Below, one piece after another: positions 8,521-18,634 of a stretch of DNA of 64,000 nucleotides. Made by a program: the position numbers and the translations under genes. Within the stretch, counting starts at the first letter, position 1. Every line of letters begins with the position of its first letter. Location: NCBI GenBank assembly GCA_044358015.1, contig JBIKOO010000003.1, positions 14,104 through 78,103 on the forward strand. The letters run 5' to 3'. Below the pieces are notes generated by a model. It was not told where the DNA came from and did no database searches. It saw nothing but the letters and a program-made list of their open reading frames with translations. The stretch comes from Ilumatobacteraceae bacterium. GTDB taxonomy: Bacteria > Actinomycetota > Acidimicrobiia > Acidimicrobiales > Ilumatobacteraceae.

Positions 8521-9678
8521 ATGACTGGTCCACTCACAGGTTTTCGTATCGTAGAAATTGCTGGCATCGGGCCTGGCCCCTTTGCCGCCATGATGTTGTC
8601 CGACATGGGCGCTGAGGTCATTCGCGTCGAGCGGGCACAGGCAGTTCGTGGTCCGGCCCCAGAGGGTCCAGCATTTGACATCTTGCAACGTGGTCGCCAA
8701 AACATTGCGATCGATCTCAAGAACCCCGAAGGCGTTGAGACTCTGCTCAAGCTTGTCGAATCAGCCGACGCATTGCTTGAAGGTTTCCGACCGGGCGTCA
8801 TGGAGCGTCTCGGTATTGGACCCGATGTGTGTTTGGCACGAAATCCGAAATTGGTTTTTGGTCGTATGACCGGTTGGGGTCAAACAGGAATGTACGCACA
8901 GGCTGCTGGGCACGACATCAACTACATCTCGCTCGCTGGCGCTTTGGCTCACTTTGGTCGTGCGGGCGAAGGACCAGTACCTCCTATGAACATGGTCGGA
9001 GACTTTGGTGGAGGTGGAATGTTCTTAGCATTTGGTGTGGTATGTGCATTGCTTGAAGCGAGCAAGAGCAATAAGGGTCAAGTAGTCGACGCCGCAATGG
9101 TTGACGGCACTTCTGTATTGATGACGATGTTCTGGGCCTTCTCACAAATGGGCGCACATGATGAAAACGCTCGCGGAACCAACTTGCTCGACACTGGTGC
9201 GCACTTCTACGACGCCTACGAATGCAAAGATGGTAAGTACATCTCGATTGGTTCAATCGAGACGCAGTTCTATGCGCAGTTGTTACAACTCACCGGACTT
9301 GATTCCGATCCTGAGTTCGCTAAGCAAATGGATAAGTCGCAGTGGCCGCACTTGAAGAAGCGCATTGCCGAAGTCTTCAAGTCAAAGACTCGCGACGAAT
9401 GGTGCGCCATTATGGAAACCACCGATGTTTGTTTTGCTCCCGTGTTGACAATGAGCGAGGCTGCTGCGCACCCGCACAACGTTGAGCGCAACATGATCAT
9501 TGATATCGCTGGCACAAAGCAGCCTGCTCCAGCACCTCGCTTCTCTCGCACGGTGCCGTCGGTGTCGCGACCACCTGCGCATCCCGGTCAACACTCACGA
9601 GAAATTCTCGAAGGTTGGGGCTTTGGCTCAAGTGAAATTGAAAAGTTGTTGGCTTCAGGAGCGGTTGTTGACGCGTGA
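8521..9678 (+). CDS. Family III CoA-transferase (CaiB/BaiF; alpha-methylacyl-CoA racemase-like)
   Basis: MTGPLTGFRIVEIAGIGPGPFAAMMLSDMGAEVIRVER and LLEGFRPGVMERLG fit the family pattern. The start is at the ATG at 8521, not the overlapping start at 8476. Confidence 0.85.
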   Translation: MTGPLTGFRIVEIAGIGPGPFAAMMLSDMGAEVIRVERAQAVRGPAPEGPAFDILQRGRQNIAIDLKNPEGVETLLKLVESADALLEGFRPGVMERLGIGPDVCLARNPKLVFGRMTGWGQTGMYAQAAGHDINYISLAGALAHFGRAGEGPVPPMNMVGDFGGGGMFLAFGVVCALLEASKSNKGQVVDAAMVDGTSVLMTMFWAFSQMGAHDENARGTNLLDTGAHFYDAYECKDGKYISIGSIETQFYAQLLQLTGLDSDPEFAKQMDKSQWPHLKKRIAEVFKSKTRDEWCAIMETTDVCFAPVLTMSEAAAHPHNVERNMIIDIAGTKQPAPAPRFSRTVPSVSRPPAHPGQHSREILEGWGFGSSEIEKLLASGAVVDA

Positions 9679-10460
9679 GCACACTTGTTTGTTTTCATGC
9701 CCATCCAGACGATGAATCAATAGCAACGGGCGGTTCAATCGCTCGCGCTGCTGCTGAGGGCCATCGAGTTGTCTTAGTGATGGGCACCGATGGTCGGCAT
9801 GGCGAAACGCCAGATGATCTTGCCGAAGGTGAAGCACTACACGATCGTCGTATGGCAGAAACAGAGCGCTCGGCCCAAGTGCTGGGTGTCAAAAAGGTGT
9901 ATTGGTTGGGCTATCACGACAGTGGAATGACTGGCTGGCCGCAAAACAAAGAGCCGAATTCATTTATTGCTGCCGATGTTGAGATTGCGGCTCAGGCGTT
10001 AGCCAAGATTTTGCACGACGAACAAGCCGATGTGTTCACTTGCTACGACTGGCATGGTGGCTATGGTCATCCCGATCACGTTCAAGTGCATCGCGTTGGT
10101 CATCGTGCGGCCGATATTGCAATTGGCAATGGACAAAACATTCGCGTGCTTGAATCAACGATGAACCGTACGCGCATTGCGCAGTTGATGGAGCAAATGG
10201 GTGGCGGAGACTTTGATCCAGAGGCGCCGGCTGATGATGGCAATCCTTTTGGAACGCTCCAAGATGACATCACCATGGCTGTTGACGTGAGTGAGTTCGT
10301 TCAGGTGAAGCGTGCATCGATTATGTGTCACGCGAGCCAAGTCACCGACAGCAGCATGTTTTTGCAGATGCCTCCAGACATATTTGCGGTTGCCTTCGGC
10401 GAAGAGTTCTTCATTGAAGTTGGTCAGCCTGGCGGTGCGCCGAGGGGCTGGTTCATGTGA
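9675..10460 (+). CDS. PIG-L/LmbE-family N-acetylglucosaminyl deacetylase (MshB/Mca-like)
   Basis: VCFHAHPDDESIATGG and GYGHPDHVQVH zinc-binding motifs. The GTG start overlaps the upstream stop by 4 nt. Confidence 0.8.
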   Translation: MSTLVCFHAHPDDESIATGGSIARAAAEGHRVVLVMGTDGRHGETPDDLAEGEALHDRRMAETERSAQVLGVKKVYWLGYHDSGMTGWPQNKEPNSFIAADVEIAAQALAKILHDEQADVFTCYDWHGGYGHPDHVQVHRVGHRAADIAIGNGQNIRVLESTMNRTRIAQLMEQMGGGDFDPEAPADDGNPFGTLQDDITMAVDVSEFVQVKRASIMCHASQVTDSSMFLQMPPDIFAVAFGEEFFIEVGQPGGAPRGWFM

Positions 10461-11014
10461 GTCGCGTCTACATGGTGCGACATGGGCGCGCCGCTGCTGG
10501 TTGGGATACCGATGTCGACCCTGGTCTAGATGAGATCGGTCGTGAGCAAGCCTCGGCTACTGCACAACGATTGGCACTGTTGTCGCGCATGGCATTGGTG
10601 TCAAGCCCCATGAAGCGGTGTCAAGAAACAGCAGGCTTTTTGGCCAACCTTTGGGACCACGCGGCAGTGACTGTTGAGCCGTTGGTGACCGAAATTCCTT
10701 CGCCCGCTGGATATGAGTTGGGCGAACGCATCGAATGGCTACGGGCAGCAATGGCCGGCACCTGGGGTGAACTTGGTGCGCCGTATACCGATTTTCGCGA
10801 TGATGTCGTGCGCTATGTGGCCCAATGCCCAACCGACACGGTGATTTTCAGTCACTTCATTGCGATCAATGCGGTGATTGGTTCATGCCTTGGCGACGAC
10901 CGTTTGGTGATTGACAGTTTGGACAATGCTTCAGTAACAGTTTTTGAAACTGGTGGTGAGGGTGGCTTACGACTCATCGAGCGTGGCAACCAAGCCGACA
11001 CTCTGATCCGTTGA
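10457..11014 (+). CDS. Histidine phosphatase (phosphoglycerate-mutase-like) family protein
   Basis: The RHG catalytic motif is at the N-terminus (VYMVRHGRAA), and SHF occurs later. There is a 4-nt overlap with both neighbours. Confidence 0.75.
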   Translation: MSRVYMVRHGRAAAGWDTDVDPGLDEIGREQASATAQRLALLSRMALVSSPMKRCQETAGFLANLWDHAAVTVEPLVTEIPSPAGYELGERIEWLRAAMAGTWGELGAPYTDFRDDVVRYVAQCPTDTVIFSHFIAINAVIGSCLGDDRLVIDSLDNASVTVFETGGEGGLRLIERGNQADTLIR

Positions 11015-11031
11015 TCGGGCAGACTGTAGAT

Positions 11032-11733
11032 ATGCGTCAATTGATTCGTCTAGGTTTGGCTCTCGGAGTGCTGACCACACTTGTTGCCTGTGGTGGCGGA
11101 GCTGGGTCGAGCGACACGCTCGCGCCGTTGCCGACGACAGCAACGACGACTCCCGAGACAACGTTGGCCCCGATGACAACGTCGGTTGCTCCCGAGAGCA
11201 CGACAACAAGTTCGACAAGTTCAACTTCAACAACAGTTTCGCCAGCCGAACAATTGGTGTTGCGTGAAGATGGACTAGGCGACGTTTTGTTTGGCGTCGA
11301 TGCTGATCAAATGATCACATATGTCACTCAACTTTTGGGTAAGCCCGATTCTGATTCGGGATATATCGGACCAGTTTCTGAATTTGGATCCTGTCCCGGA
11401 ACGCAAGTACGCGGTGTGCGTTGGGGCGACTTGTTGTTGATGTTTGGCGATGAGAGCGAAGTGGCTCAAGGTCGAACACATTTCTATTCGTGGACCTACG
11501 GGCCAGTGCAAGGAATCGCTCCGGTGCCCATGGGTCCGGTCACCGATGGCGACATCACCTTGGGCTCTACAGTTGAAGAAATTTTGAAGGTGTACCCGAC
11601 GGCCGAGATCTTTAACGATGACATTTTGGGAATGGGTTTTGAGATCAACCGCACTTTGACGGGAACGCTGAGTAATGACTCGGCGAGCGGTGTTGTGGTG
11701 TCCATGACCGGTGGCGTCGCCTGTGCGACCTGA
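11032..11733 (+). CDS. Putative lipoprotein with Thr/Ser-rich linker
   Basis: MRQLIRLGLALGVLTTLVACGGG has a lipobox (L-V-A-C). It is followed by a TTATTTPETT...TSSTSST linker and a globular C-terminal domain. Confidence 0.65.
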   Translation: MRQLIRLGLALGVLTTLVACGGGAGSSDTLAPLPTTATTTPETTLAPMTTSVAPESTTTSSTSSTSTTVSPAEQLVLREDGLGDVLFGVDADQMITYVTQLLGKPDSDSGYIGPVSEFGSCPGTQVRGVRWGDLLLMFGDESEVAQGRTHFYSWTYGPVQGIAPVPMGPVTDGDITLGSTVEEILKVYPTAEIFNDDILGMGFEINRTLTGTLSNDSASGVVVSMTGGVACAT

Positions 11734-11760
11734 GGTCTGAGCAACTAGGGTCAATGAGGC

Positions 11761-12138
11761 ATGAATGCTTTGATGTTGGTTGATCTTCACCAGTCGTGGG
11801 CTTGGTTCGTCATCATTTCGAACGGCTTGGCTGGTTTGTGGTCCTTGGGTGCACACAAGATTGAGTCGCTGCGCACTCGAGCATTGTGGTGGTTTACGTT
11901 GCTTGCCGAACTGACCATGTTTGTTCAGGTTATTCTGGGCGTGATTTTGGTGAACAAATACAAGCTCGAGTTTCCGGAGTTTCATGCGTTCTACGGATTC
12001 GTCGGCATCATTGCGATCGCGATCATCTACTCGTACCGCAATCAGATGAAGCACAAGTTGTACTTGTTGTACGGCTGCGGCGGACTGTTTGTAATGGGCC
12101 TCGGGATCCGCGCCCTCCTCGTCGGCCAAGTCTCCTAA
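11761..12138 (+). CDS. Small integral membrane protein (about 4 TM helices), unknown function
   Basis: 125-aa ORF made almost entirely of hydrophobic helices (WAWFVIISNGLAGLW, WWFTLLAELTMFVQVILGVILV, FVGIIAIAIIY, LLYGCGGLFVMGLGI). Confidence 0.6.
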   Translation: MNALMLVDLHQSWAWFVIISNGLAGLWSLGAHKIESLRTRALWWFTLLAELTMFVQVILGVILVNKYKLEFPEFHAFYGFVGIIAIAIIYSYRNQMKHKLYLLYGCGGLFVMGLGIRALLVGQVS

Positions 12139-12143
12139 TTCCG

Positions 12144-12192
12144 CCACTTTGGAGTTTGCCTGCCGCTAGGCGGCAGCCAAACTCCAAAGTGG
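12144..12192. terminator. Bidirectional terminator-like hairpin between convergent genes
   Basis: ccactttggagtttgcctgccgc-tag-gcggcagccaaactccaaagtgg forms a 23-bp stem with one mismatch. It sits between the membrane protein gene (+) and pckG (-). Confidence 0.7.
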
Positions 12193-12206
12193 GTGAAAAG
12201 CGACAG

Positions 12207-13994
12207 TTAAAGGGCGGAGGCGAGGGTGTCGAGTTGGGCGGTCAGCTTCGCCGGCAACTTGGAACCAAACTGGGCGTAGTGATCCTTGATCTGGGGGATC
12301 GCGGCCTTCCAGCCATCGGAATCAACAGACAGCAACGCCTTCATATCGGCATCATCAATCTTGAGGCCAGCAACATCGAGCGAACCTTCGGCGGGCAACA
12401 TTCCGATCGGTGTCTCAACGGCACCAACGGTTCCGGCAACACGCTCAAAGACCCACTTCAACACACGACTGTTTTCGCCGTAGCCAGGCCACAAGAAGCG
12501 ACCGTCTTCATCACGGCGGAACCAGTTCACGAAGAATATCTGCGGCAACTTGGCTGCATCGGCCTTGGCGCCAAGTGCAAGCCAGTGTGCGAAGTAATCG
12601 GCCATGTTGTAACCACAGAACGGCAACATGGCCATCGGGTCAAATCGCAAATTGCCAACGGCACCCTGCTGAGCAGCAGTGGTCTCCGAGGCCATGATTG
12701 AGCCCAGGAACACGCCATGTTCCCAGTTGAACGCCTGAGTCACCAACGGAACGGTCGTACGACGGCGTCCACCGAACAAGATTGCCGAGATCGGCACACC
12801 TGCGGGGTCTTGCCATTCGGGCGCAGCCGACGGGCACTGTGATGCTGGTGCGGTGAATCGAGCGTTCGGGTGAGCAGCCGGAGTCTCGGTCTCAGGAGTC
12901 CAGGCATTGCCCTTCCAGTCGGTGGCGCGGGCCGGAGCGTCGTCTGACATTCCTTCCCACCACACATCGCCGTCAGAGGTGAGGGCAGTGTTCGTGAAAA
13001 TGCTGTTGCCCCACAACGTGTGCATGGCATTGGCGTTGGTGTCGTAACCAGTTCCGGGAGCCACACCAAAGAATCCGGCTTCGGGGTTGATTGCATACAA
13101 ACGACCGTCAGGACCAAACTTCATCCAGCAAATGTCGTCGCCGATGGTCTCGGCTTTCCAGCCCGGAATGGTTGGGACCAACATTGCGAGGTTGGTCTTA
13201 CCGCACGCCGACGGGAATGCGGCTGCGATGTACTTGGCTTCGCCAGCAGGATTGGTGAGCTTGAGAATGAGCATGTGCTCGGCCAACCAACCATCGTCGC
13301 GGGCCATCACCGAAGCAATACGAAGTGCGAAGCACTTTTTGCCGAGCAAAGCGTTTCCGCCATAGCCCGAACCGAATGACCAGATCTCGCGAGTCTCGGG
13401 GAAGTGGACGATGTATTTGTTGTCGGGGTTGCACGGCCACGCGGACGATTTCTCGTCAGCAGCCAAAGGTGCACCAACTGAATGCAAGCATGGCACCCAA
13501 TCGCCGTTGCCCAAAACATCGAGAGCGCCTTGGCCCATACGGGTCATGATGCGCATGCTGACGGCAACATATGCCGAGTCGGTGAGTTGTACGCCAATGT
13601 GCGCAATCGGCGAGCCAAGCGGTCCCATGCTGAACGGGACCACGTACATCGTGCGACCCTTCATGCATCCGGTGTAAAGCGTCTTCATTTCGGCACGCAT
13701 GTCGGCTGCTTCACGCCAGTTGTTGTTGGGGCCAGCATCTTCTTTTTTCGCAGAACAAATAAAGGTGCGATCTTCAACTCGAGCAACATCGCCCAGATCG
13801 CTGTGAGCCCAGTAACTGTTGGGGCGCTTGGCTTCGTCGAGTTTGGTGAAGGTACCGCTATCAACGAGTTGCTGACACAAGCGTTCGTACTCTTCGGCTG
13901 AACCATCACACCAGTAGATGTCGTCTGGCTGCATGATTGCTGCCCACTCGGCGACCCACTTTTTCAAACGTTCGTTATTGCTTGAACCGCTCAT
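12207..13994 (-). CDS. pckG: Phosphoenolpyruvate carboxykinase (GTP)
   Basis: About 595 aa with GTP-PEPCK blocks ([43 protein letters not shown]). The ATG at 13994 follows an AAGGAG Shine-Dalgarno sequence. Confidence 0.93.
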   Translation of the reverse strand: MSGSSNNERLKKWVAEWAAIMQPDDIYWCDGSAEEYERLCQQLVDSGTFTKLDEAKRPNSYWAHSDLGDVARVEDRTFICSAKKEDAGPNNNWREAADMRAEMKTLYTGCMKGRTMYVVPFSMGPLGSPIAHIGVQLTDSAYVAVSMRIMTRMGQGALDVLGNGDWVPCLHSVGAPLAADEKSSAWPCNPDNKYIVHFPETREIWSFGSGYGGNALLGKKCFALRIASVMARDDGWLAEHMLILKLTNPAGEAKYIAAAFPSACGKTNLAMLVPTIPGWKAETIGDDICWMKFGPDGRLYAINPEAGFFGVAPGTGYDTNANAMHTLWGNSIFTNTALTSDGDVWWEGMSDDAPARATDWKGNAWTPETETPAAHPNARFTAPASQCPSAAPEWQDPAGVPISAILFGGRRRTTVPLVTQAFNWEHGVFLGSIMASETTAAQQGAVGNLRFDPMAMLPFCGYNMADYFAHWLALGAKADAAKLPQIFFVNWFRRDEDGRFLWPGYGENSRVLKWVFERVAGTVGAVETPIGMLPAEGSLDVAGLKIDDADMKALLSVDSDGWKAAIPQIKDHYAQFGSKLPAKLTAQLDTLASAL

Positions 13995-14090
13995 GATGTG
14001 CTCCTTAGGCGATCGCTCGCCATGGATAGGGGGATTGTTATCGGGAACTAACGAATTCTTAGAGACAGGCTTATTACAAAAGGATGATGT

Positions 14091-14126
14091 CAAGCAAAAA
14101 CACCTGGTTAAAAACCAGGTGTTCCC
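14091..14126 (-). terminator. Rho-independent terminator of the rpmB / small-protein transcript
   Basis: On the minus strand: AACACCTGGTT-TTT-AACCAGGTGTT, a perfect 11-bp stem, followed by TTTTGCTT. The stem overlaps the stop codon of the 73-aa gene. Confidence 0.8.
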
Positions 14127-14329
14127 ATATCAACTTCGGAACCGAGACGCAGTTGAGTTGCTAATCCGTCGGCATTGAGATCGAACACCACACGCTGTCC
14201 TGGGCGAAGCATGCGAAAGATGCTGCCCTCAAGAGCGTCAGCGGCCAGTTCGTGTTCGCTGAGATCGGTGTCACGCAGGATCAGGCCGGTGCCCGTAGTG
14301 GGGTCGAAGGCTTTGATCACACCTTGCAT
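14108..14329 (-). CDS. Small conserved-looking protein, possibly cold-shock/OB-like
   Basis: 73 aa, 13 nt downstream of rpm[21 protein letters not shown] loosely resembles the start of a cold-shock domain. No firm family assignment. Confidence 0.5.
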   Translation of the reverse strand: MQGVIKAFDPTTGTGLILRDTDLSEHELAADALEGSIFRMLRPGQRVVFDLNADGLATQLRLGSEVDMGTPGF

Positions 14330-14342
14330 GAGCGGAGTTCGT

Positions 14343-14558
14343 TCACTTATCCGATGCGGCGGTGCCGCGGCTGACCTTAGTGACCTTGCCAGCGCGGATA
14401 CAGCTGGTGCACACGTAGAGACGCTTTGGGGTGCCGTTAATCATGGCGCGAACGCGCTGAATGTTCGGACTCCAACGACGCTTGGTGCGCACATGGGAGT
14501 GCGACACTGACATGCCCCAGGATGGGTGCTTCTTGCAGACTTCACATACTGCTGCCAT
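14343..14558 (-). CDS. rpmB: 50S ribosomal protein L28 (Cys-containing, zinc-binding type)
   Basis: [37 protein letters not shown]...[12 protein letters not shown] matches L28, with CxxC...CxxC. Confidence 0.92.
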   Translation of the reverse strand: MAAVCEVCKKHPSWGMSVSHSHVRTKRRWSPNIQRVRAMINGTPKRLYVCTSCIRAGKVTKVSRGTAASDK

Positions 14559-14723
14559 GACACGTTCTTTCTCTTCACTCGAATTTGTTTTTCACTTGAA
14601 TTTGCATAGACGGAGACTCAAGCACGATCTCGGACACCGAACGCTACCAGCGGATTCGGCCGACCCCCAAGTACAAAGCAAGATCCAGTCCATGATTTTC
14701 AGGCTCCGTCAGTCACACCCACC

Positions 14724-16439
14724 ATGCGCCTGCCCACTACCATCGGTCAGGTGAACCCACCTGTTCTCAGCCCCGAGGGGTCAGCCGAACATTTCGACGC
14801 CGATCGGCTTCGGCGTACCGTCGTTGCCTTTCGGGACGCGGTCAAGGCCCATGCCCCCCGAATTAACCGTCTGAACGTGTATCCGGTCCCTGACGGGGAC
14901 ACCGGAACCAATATGGCCCGCACCCTCGACGCCGTGGTGGCCGAACTTGACCAGGCTGGACCCGAGATCGAGCCGACCTGCCAGGCCATCTCGCACGGAT
15001 CCCTCATGGGGGCCCGCGGAAATTCGGGTGTCATCTTGTCGCAGATCTTGCGCGGCCTTTCGGGCAAGCTCTCGGCCAAGGCGGGTAGTACAGCGACCGA
15101 GTTCGCCGAAGCGCTCAGCGCTGCTTCGGCCTCGGCCTATCAGGCAGTACTCAAGCCGATTGAAGGCACGATTTTGACGGTGGTGCGTGAGGCCAGCGAA
15201 GCCGCCAAGGCTTCGGCAGCGTCAGGGGCAACTCTTGGTGCCACGTTGCGCGCCGCCCGTGATGCCGGACGACTTTCACTTGATCGCACCCCCGATCTTT
15301 TGCCGGTCTTGAAAGAGGCAGGAGTTGTCGATGCTGGCGGCGCGGGTTTCATGTTGTTACTTGATGCAGCGCTCAATGTGGTTGACGGTGACCCGATGCC
15401 TTTGCCAGAAGACTCAATTGGGGGAGACGCTCTCGACGAGCCATTGCCAGCGATGATGTCAATGACTGCGCCTGATTCGCACGGCGAAGTATCAGTTGCC
15501 GACCTCCGCTACGAGGTGATGTATTTCTTGCATCTCGAAGACGGCAAGATCGACCAGTTCAAAAATGATTGGGGCGAAATCGGTGACTCCATTGTTGTCG
15601 TGGGTGGCGACGGCATTTGGAACTGTCACGTGCACACCAATGACATTGGTGCGGCGATTGAAGTAGCAATCGATCTTGGTGGTCGCCCGAAACAAATTCG
15701 TGTCACCGATCTTTTTGAAGAAGTTGCCGAGCGGCATGCCATGCACGATGCGCAACGTGCCGCCGCTGGTTTGCCAGCAGTGACGACGGCCGTTGTTGCC
15801 GTGTGTAGCGGCAGCGGTCTCGAAGAACTGTTCGCGCAACTCGGAGTGCAAGGGGTTGTGACGGGTGGTCAAACCTTGAACCCGTCAACCGCCGAATTGC
15901 TTGATGCAGTTGAACATGTGAACGCACAACAGGTCATTGTCTTACCTAATAACAAGAACATCATTCCAGTGGCTGAACAACTCAATGCACTCACCTCTAA
16001 AGAAGTGCGGGTTGTTCTCACGAAATCAATGCCCGAAGCTCTCGCCGCTCTTGTTGTGTACGACCCTGAAGCCAGCGTCGATGAAAACCTTGCCGAAATG
16101 GCCGAAGCTACCGAAGCAATGGTCACGGGTGAAGTCACTCAGTCGATTCGCGACACCAATAGCGATGCCGGCCCGATCACCGTAGGTGACTGGATTGGTT
16201 TGGTTCGCGGTGACGGCATCGTGACAGTCAACGGAACTCTTGAAGGGGTATCAATATCGTTGTTGCAACATCTCGTCACCGATGGACGTGAGATCGTCAC
16301 AATCATCGAAGGAACGGATGCACCGGCTTCAACAACTGCAGCCTTGCGAACGTGGCTAGAAACAGAACGTCCCGATGTACAGATTGAGTGCCACAAAGGC
16401 GGACAGCCTTTGTATCCATATCTCTTCGGCGTCGAATGA
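14724..16439 (+). CDS. DAK2 domain-containing protein (YloV/DhaL-like fusion)
   Basis: LNVYPVPDGDTGTNM, GARGNSGVILSQ and the conserved position between rpmB and recG. Confidence 0.85.
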   Translation: MRLPTTIGQVNPPVLSPEGSAEHFDADRLRRTVVAFRDAVKAHAPRINRLNVYPVPDGDTGTNMARTLDAVVAELDQAGPEIEPTCQAISHGSLMGARGNSGVILSQILRGLSGKLSAKAGSTATEFAEALSAASASAYQAVLKPIEGTILTVVREASEAAKASAASGATLGATLRAARDAGRLSLDRTPDLLPVLKEAGVVDAGGAGFMLLLDAALNVVDGDPMPLPEDSIGGDALDEPLPAMMSMTAPDSHGEVSVADLRYEVMYFLHLEDGKIDQFKNDWGEIGDSIVVVGGDGIWNCHVHTNDIGAAIEVAIDLGGRPKQIRVTDLFEEVAERHAMHDAQRAAAGLPAVTTAVVAVCSGSGLEELFAQLGVQGVVTGGQTLNPSTAELLDAVEHVNAQQVIVLPNNKNIIPVAEQLNALTSKEVRVVLTKSMPEALAALVVYDPEASVDENLAEMAEATEAMVTGEVTQSIRDTNSDAGPITVGDWIGLVRGDGIVTVNGTLEGVSISLLQHLVTDGREIVTIIEGTDAPASTTAALRTWLETERPDVQIECHKGGQPLYPYLFGVE

Positions 16440-16450
16440 CGCGGTGACGA

Positions 16451-18634
16451 GTGACTGAATCCGCTCCCACCGGCCCTATTTCATTTTCTGAGTTGTCGCG
16501 TATGCCGATGACGCGACTCAAATCTGTGGGTGCGGGAAAGCGATCTGAAAGCTTCGCCAAGTTCGGTGTTGAAAACTTGCTCGATCTGCTGACTCATTAT
16601 CCACGTCGTTGGATTGACCGGACCAAGGAAGCAACAATTGCGAGCGCTGTTGAAGGCGCAGATTCTTTGGTGATCGGCGAAGTGCGTTCGATCTCGAGCC
16701 CACCCAAGGGAGCCCGGCGTGGCCCGTCGCGCGTCACCGCAACAATTGCCGACGGCAGTGGTCGATTGTCAATTGTGTTCTTTAATCAACCATGGCGCGA
16801 GCGACAACTGAAGGTTGGTTCGTATGTCGCGGTATTTGGAAAACTTGGTTCATTTAACGGTACGAAGCAGATGGCCAATCCAACCGTTGACGTATTGGGG
16901 GATCCCGATGAGCGGCCTCGTCCCATTGTTGCGGTGTACCCGCAGAGCGAAAAGATTGATTTGCCTTCGTGGGTTGTCCTGAAGTCAATTGATGAAACTT
17001 TGAATCGCTGTCGGGCACGCGGAATCAGCGATCCGCTACCAAAAGCAATGCGCAAGAAGTACAAATTGATGGACCGTCAAGATGCGTTATTTGGAATTCA
17101 CATTCCAGAGACTTTTGCCGAGAAAGAAATGGCGCGTCGGCGTTTGGCATTTGACGAGTTACTGCGCGTGCAATTGGTCTTGGTGATGCGTAAACGTTTG
17201 ATTGAACGCGACTCCATCGGAATTCAGCACAAAGTCAATGGCCAACTCGTGGAGCGCTTCTATCAACACCTCCCGTATGAATTGACGCAAGCGCAGCATC
17301 GAGTCATTGCCGAAATTGAAGCCGACCTTGCGAGTCCACACCCAATGCATCGTCTGCTTCAAGGTGACGTTGGTGCGGGCAAAACGATTGTTGCAGTATC
17401 GGCCATGTTGGCGGCCGTGCAGGGAGGTCATCAAGGTGCACTGATGGCACCAACTGAAGTTCTTGCTGAACAACATGCAGTTGGTATTCGCAAGTTATTG
17501 GCGGGCCTGCAAATTCCGGCAACTGACAATTTGTTTGGCGAACGTGAAGTGCGCGTTCAACTATTGACGAGCAGCGTGACAGCCGAGCGGCGACGCGATG
17601 TACTTGCGGGTCTCGCCGACGGCAGTGTTGACATTGCGATTGGCACCCACGCTCTCATTCAAGAGTCGGTACAGTTTCATAGTCTTGGTGTGGTCGTTGT
17701 TGACGAACAACACCGCTTTGGCGTTGAACAAAGAGCGGCATTGCGCGACAAAGGCGAAGACGGTGGGGCGGTGCCAGACGTTCTTGTGATGACTGCAACT
17801 CCGATACCACGAACTGCGGCCATGACTGTGTACGGCGATCTTGACGTGAGTGTCCTTGATCAAAAGCCACCGGGGCGCACGCCGATCGTTACCAAGCACG
17901 CGTTGGGTGAAGATGAAGAAGCAGAAGTGTGGGCTGATGTACGTGCCGAAGTCGCTGCTGGGCGACAGGTGTACATCGTATGTCCTCTCATTGAGGAGAG
18001 CGAAAAACTTGAGGTCGCATCAGCCGAAGAAACAATCGCTCGGTTGGCTTTTGATGAACTGAAGGGTCTTCGTTTGGCTTTGCTTCACGGGCGTATGTCA
18101 TCAGCCGAAAAAGAGTCGGTGATGGAAGCGTTTCGCACCGGCGAAACCGATGTGCTTGTTGCAACGACGGTGATCGAGGTTGGCGTCGACGTTCCGAATG
18201 CCACGATCATGGTGATTTTGGATGCTGATCGATTCGGAATTGCCCAACTGCATCAACTTCGCGGTCGAGTAGGTCGAGGTGTGCACGCATCTCACTGCTG
18301 GCTTGTGACATCCATCAAAGAAAATGATGAGGGTTTGATATCTGACTCAAATCCGCGGATTGAGGCGCTCGTTGAATCAGATGACGGCTTCTACTTGGCC
18401 GAAGCCGACCTTGAACTGCGCGGCGAGGGCACCTTAATGAACAAAGAACAAAAGGGACGCAGCGACCTTAAGTTGGCTTCTTTGCGACGTGATCGTGAAT
18501 TAGTAGAGCTGGCGCGCGAAGCTGCCTACGAAATTGTTGATCCAGATATCACTTTGTCAAAACATCCTGATCTTCGCGATGAACTATCAATATTCCTTCG
18601 ACCAGAAGATGAAGAGTTCTTGTTTAAGAGTTAG
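16451..18634 (+). CDS. recG: ATP-dependent DNA helicase RecG
   Basis: Wedge/OB region, then LLQGDVGAGKT (Walker A), VVDEQHRFG (DEQH) and QLHQLRGRVGRG motifs. 727 aa. Confidence 0.93.
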   Translation: MTESAPTGPISFSELSRMPMTRLKSVGAGKRSESFAKFGVENLLDLLTHYPRRWIDRTKEATIASAVEGADSLVIGEVRSISSPPKGARRGPSRVTATIADGSGRLSIVFFNQPWRERQLKVGSYVAVFGKLGSFNGTKQMANPTVDVLGDPDERPRPIVAVYPQSEKIDLPSWVVLKSIDETLNRCRARGISDPLPKAMRKKYKLMDRQDALFGIHIPETFAEKEMARRRLAFDELLRVQLVLVMRKRLIERDSIGIQHKVNGQLVERFYQHLPYELTQAQHRVIAEIEADLASPHPMHRLLQGDVGAGKTIVAVSAMLAAVQGGHQGALMAPTEVLAEQHAVGIRKLLAGLQIPATDNLFGEREVRVQLLTSSVTAERRRDVLAGLADGSVDIAIGTHALIQESVQFHSLGVVVVDEQHRFGVEQRAALRDKGEDGGAVPDVLVMTATPIPRTAAMTVYGDLDVSVLDQKPPGRTPIVTKHALGEDEEAEVWADVRAEVAAGRQVYIVCPLIEESEKLEVASAEETIARLAFDELKGLRLALLHGRMSSAEKESVMEAFRTGETDVLVATTVIEVGVDVPNATIMVILDADRFGIAQLHQLRGRVGRGVHASHCWLVTSIKENDEGLISDSNPRIEALVESDDGFYLAEADLELRGEGTLMNKEQKGRSDLKLASLRRDRELVELAREAAYEIVDPDITLSKHPDLRDELSIFLRPEDEEFLFKS

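Noticed and set aside
7927-8801. ORFs 7927..8700(-) and 8373..8801(-), 257 and 142 aa
   Set aside because: They are antisense to the alpha/beta hydrolase and CoA-transferase genes and have no motifs.
11275-12701. Long ORFs 11275..12147(-) and 11886..12701(+)
   Set aside because: They are antisense or out of frame relative to the lipoprotein, membrane-protein and pckG genes, which have clear family signatures. Their composition is Arg/Gln-rich, as expected for non-coding frames.
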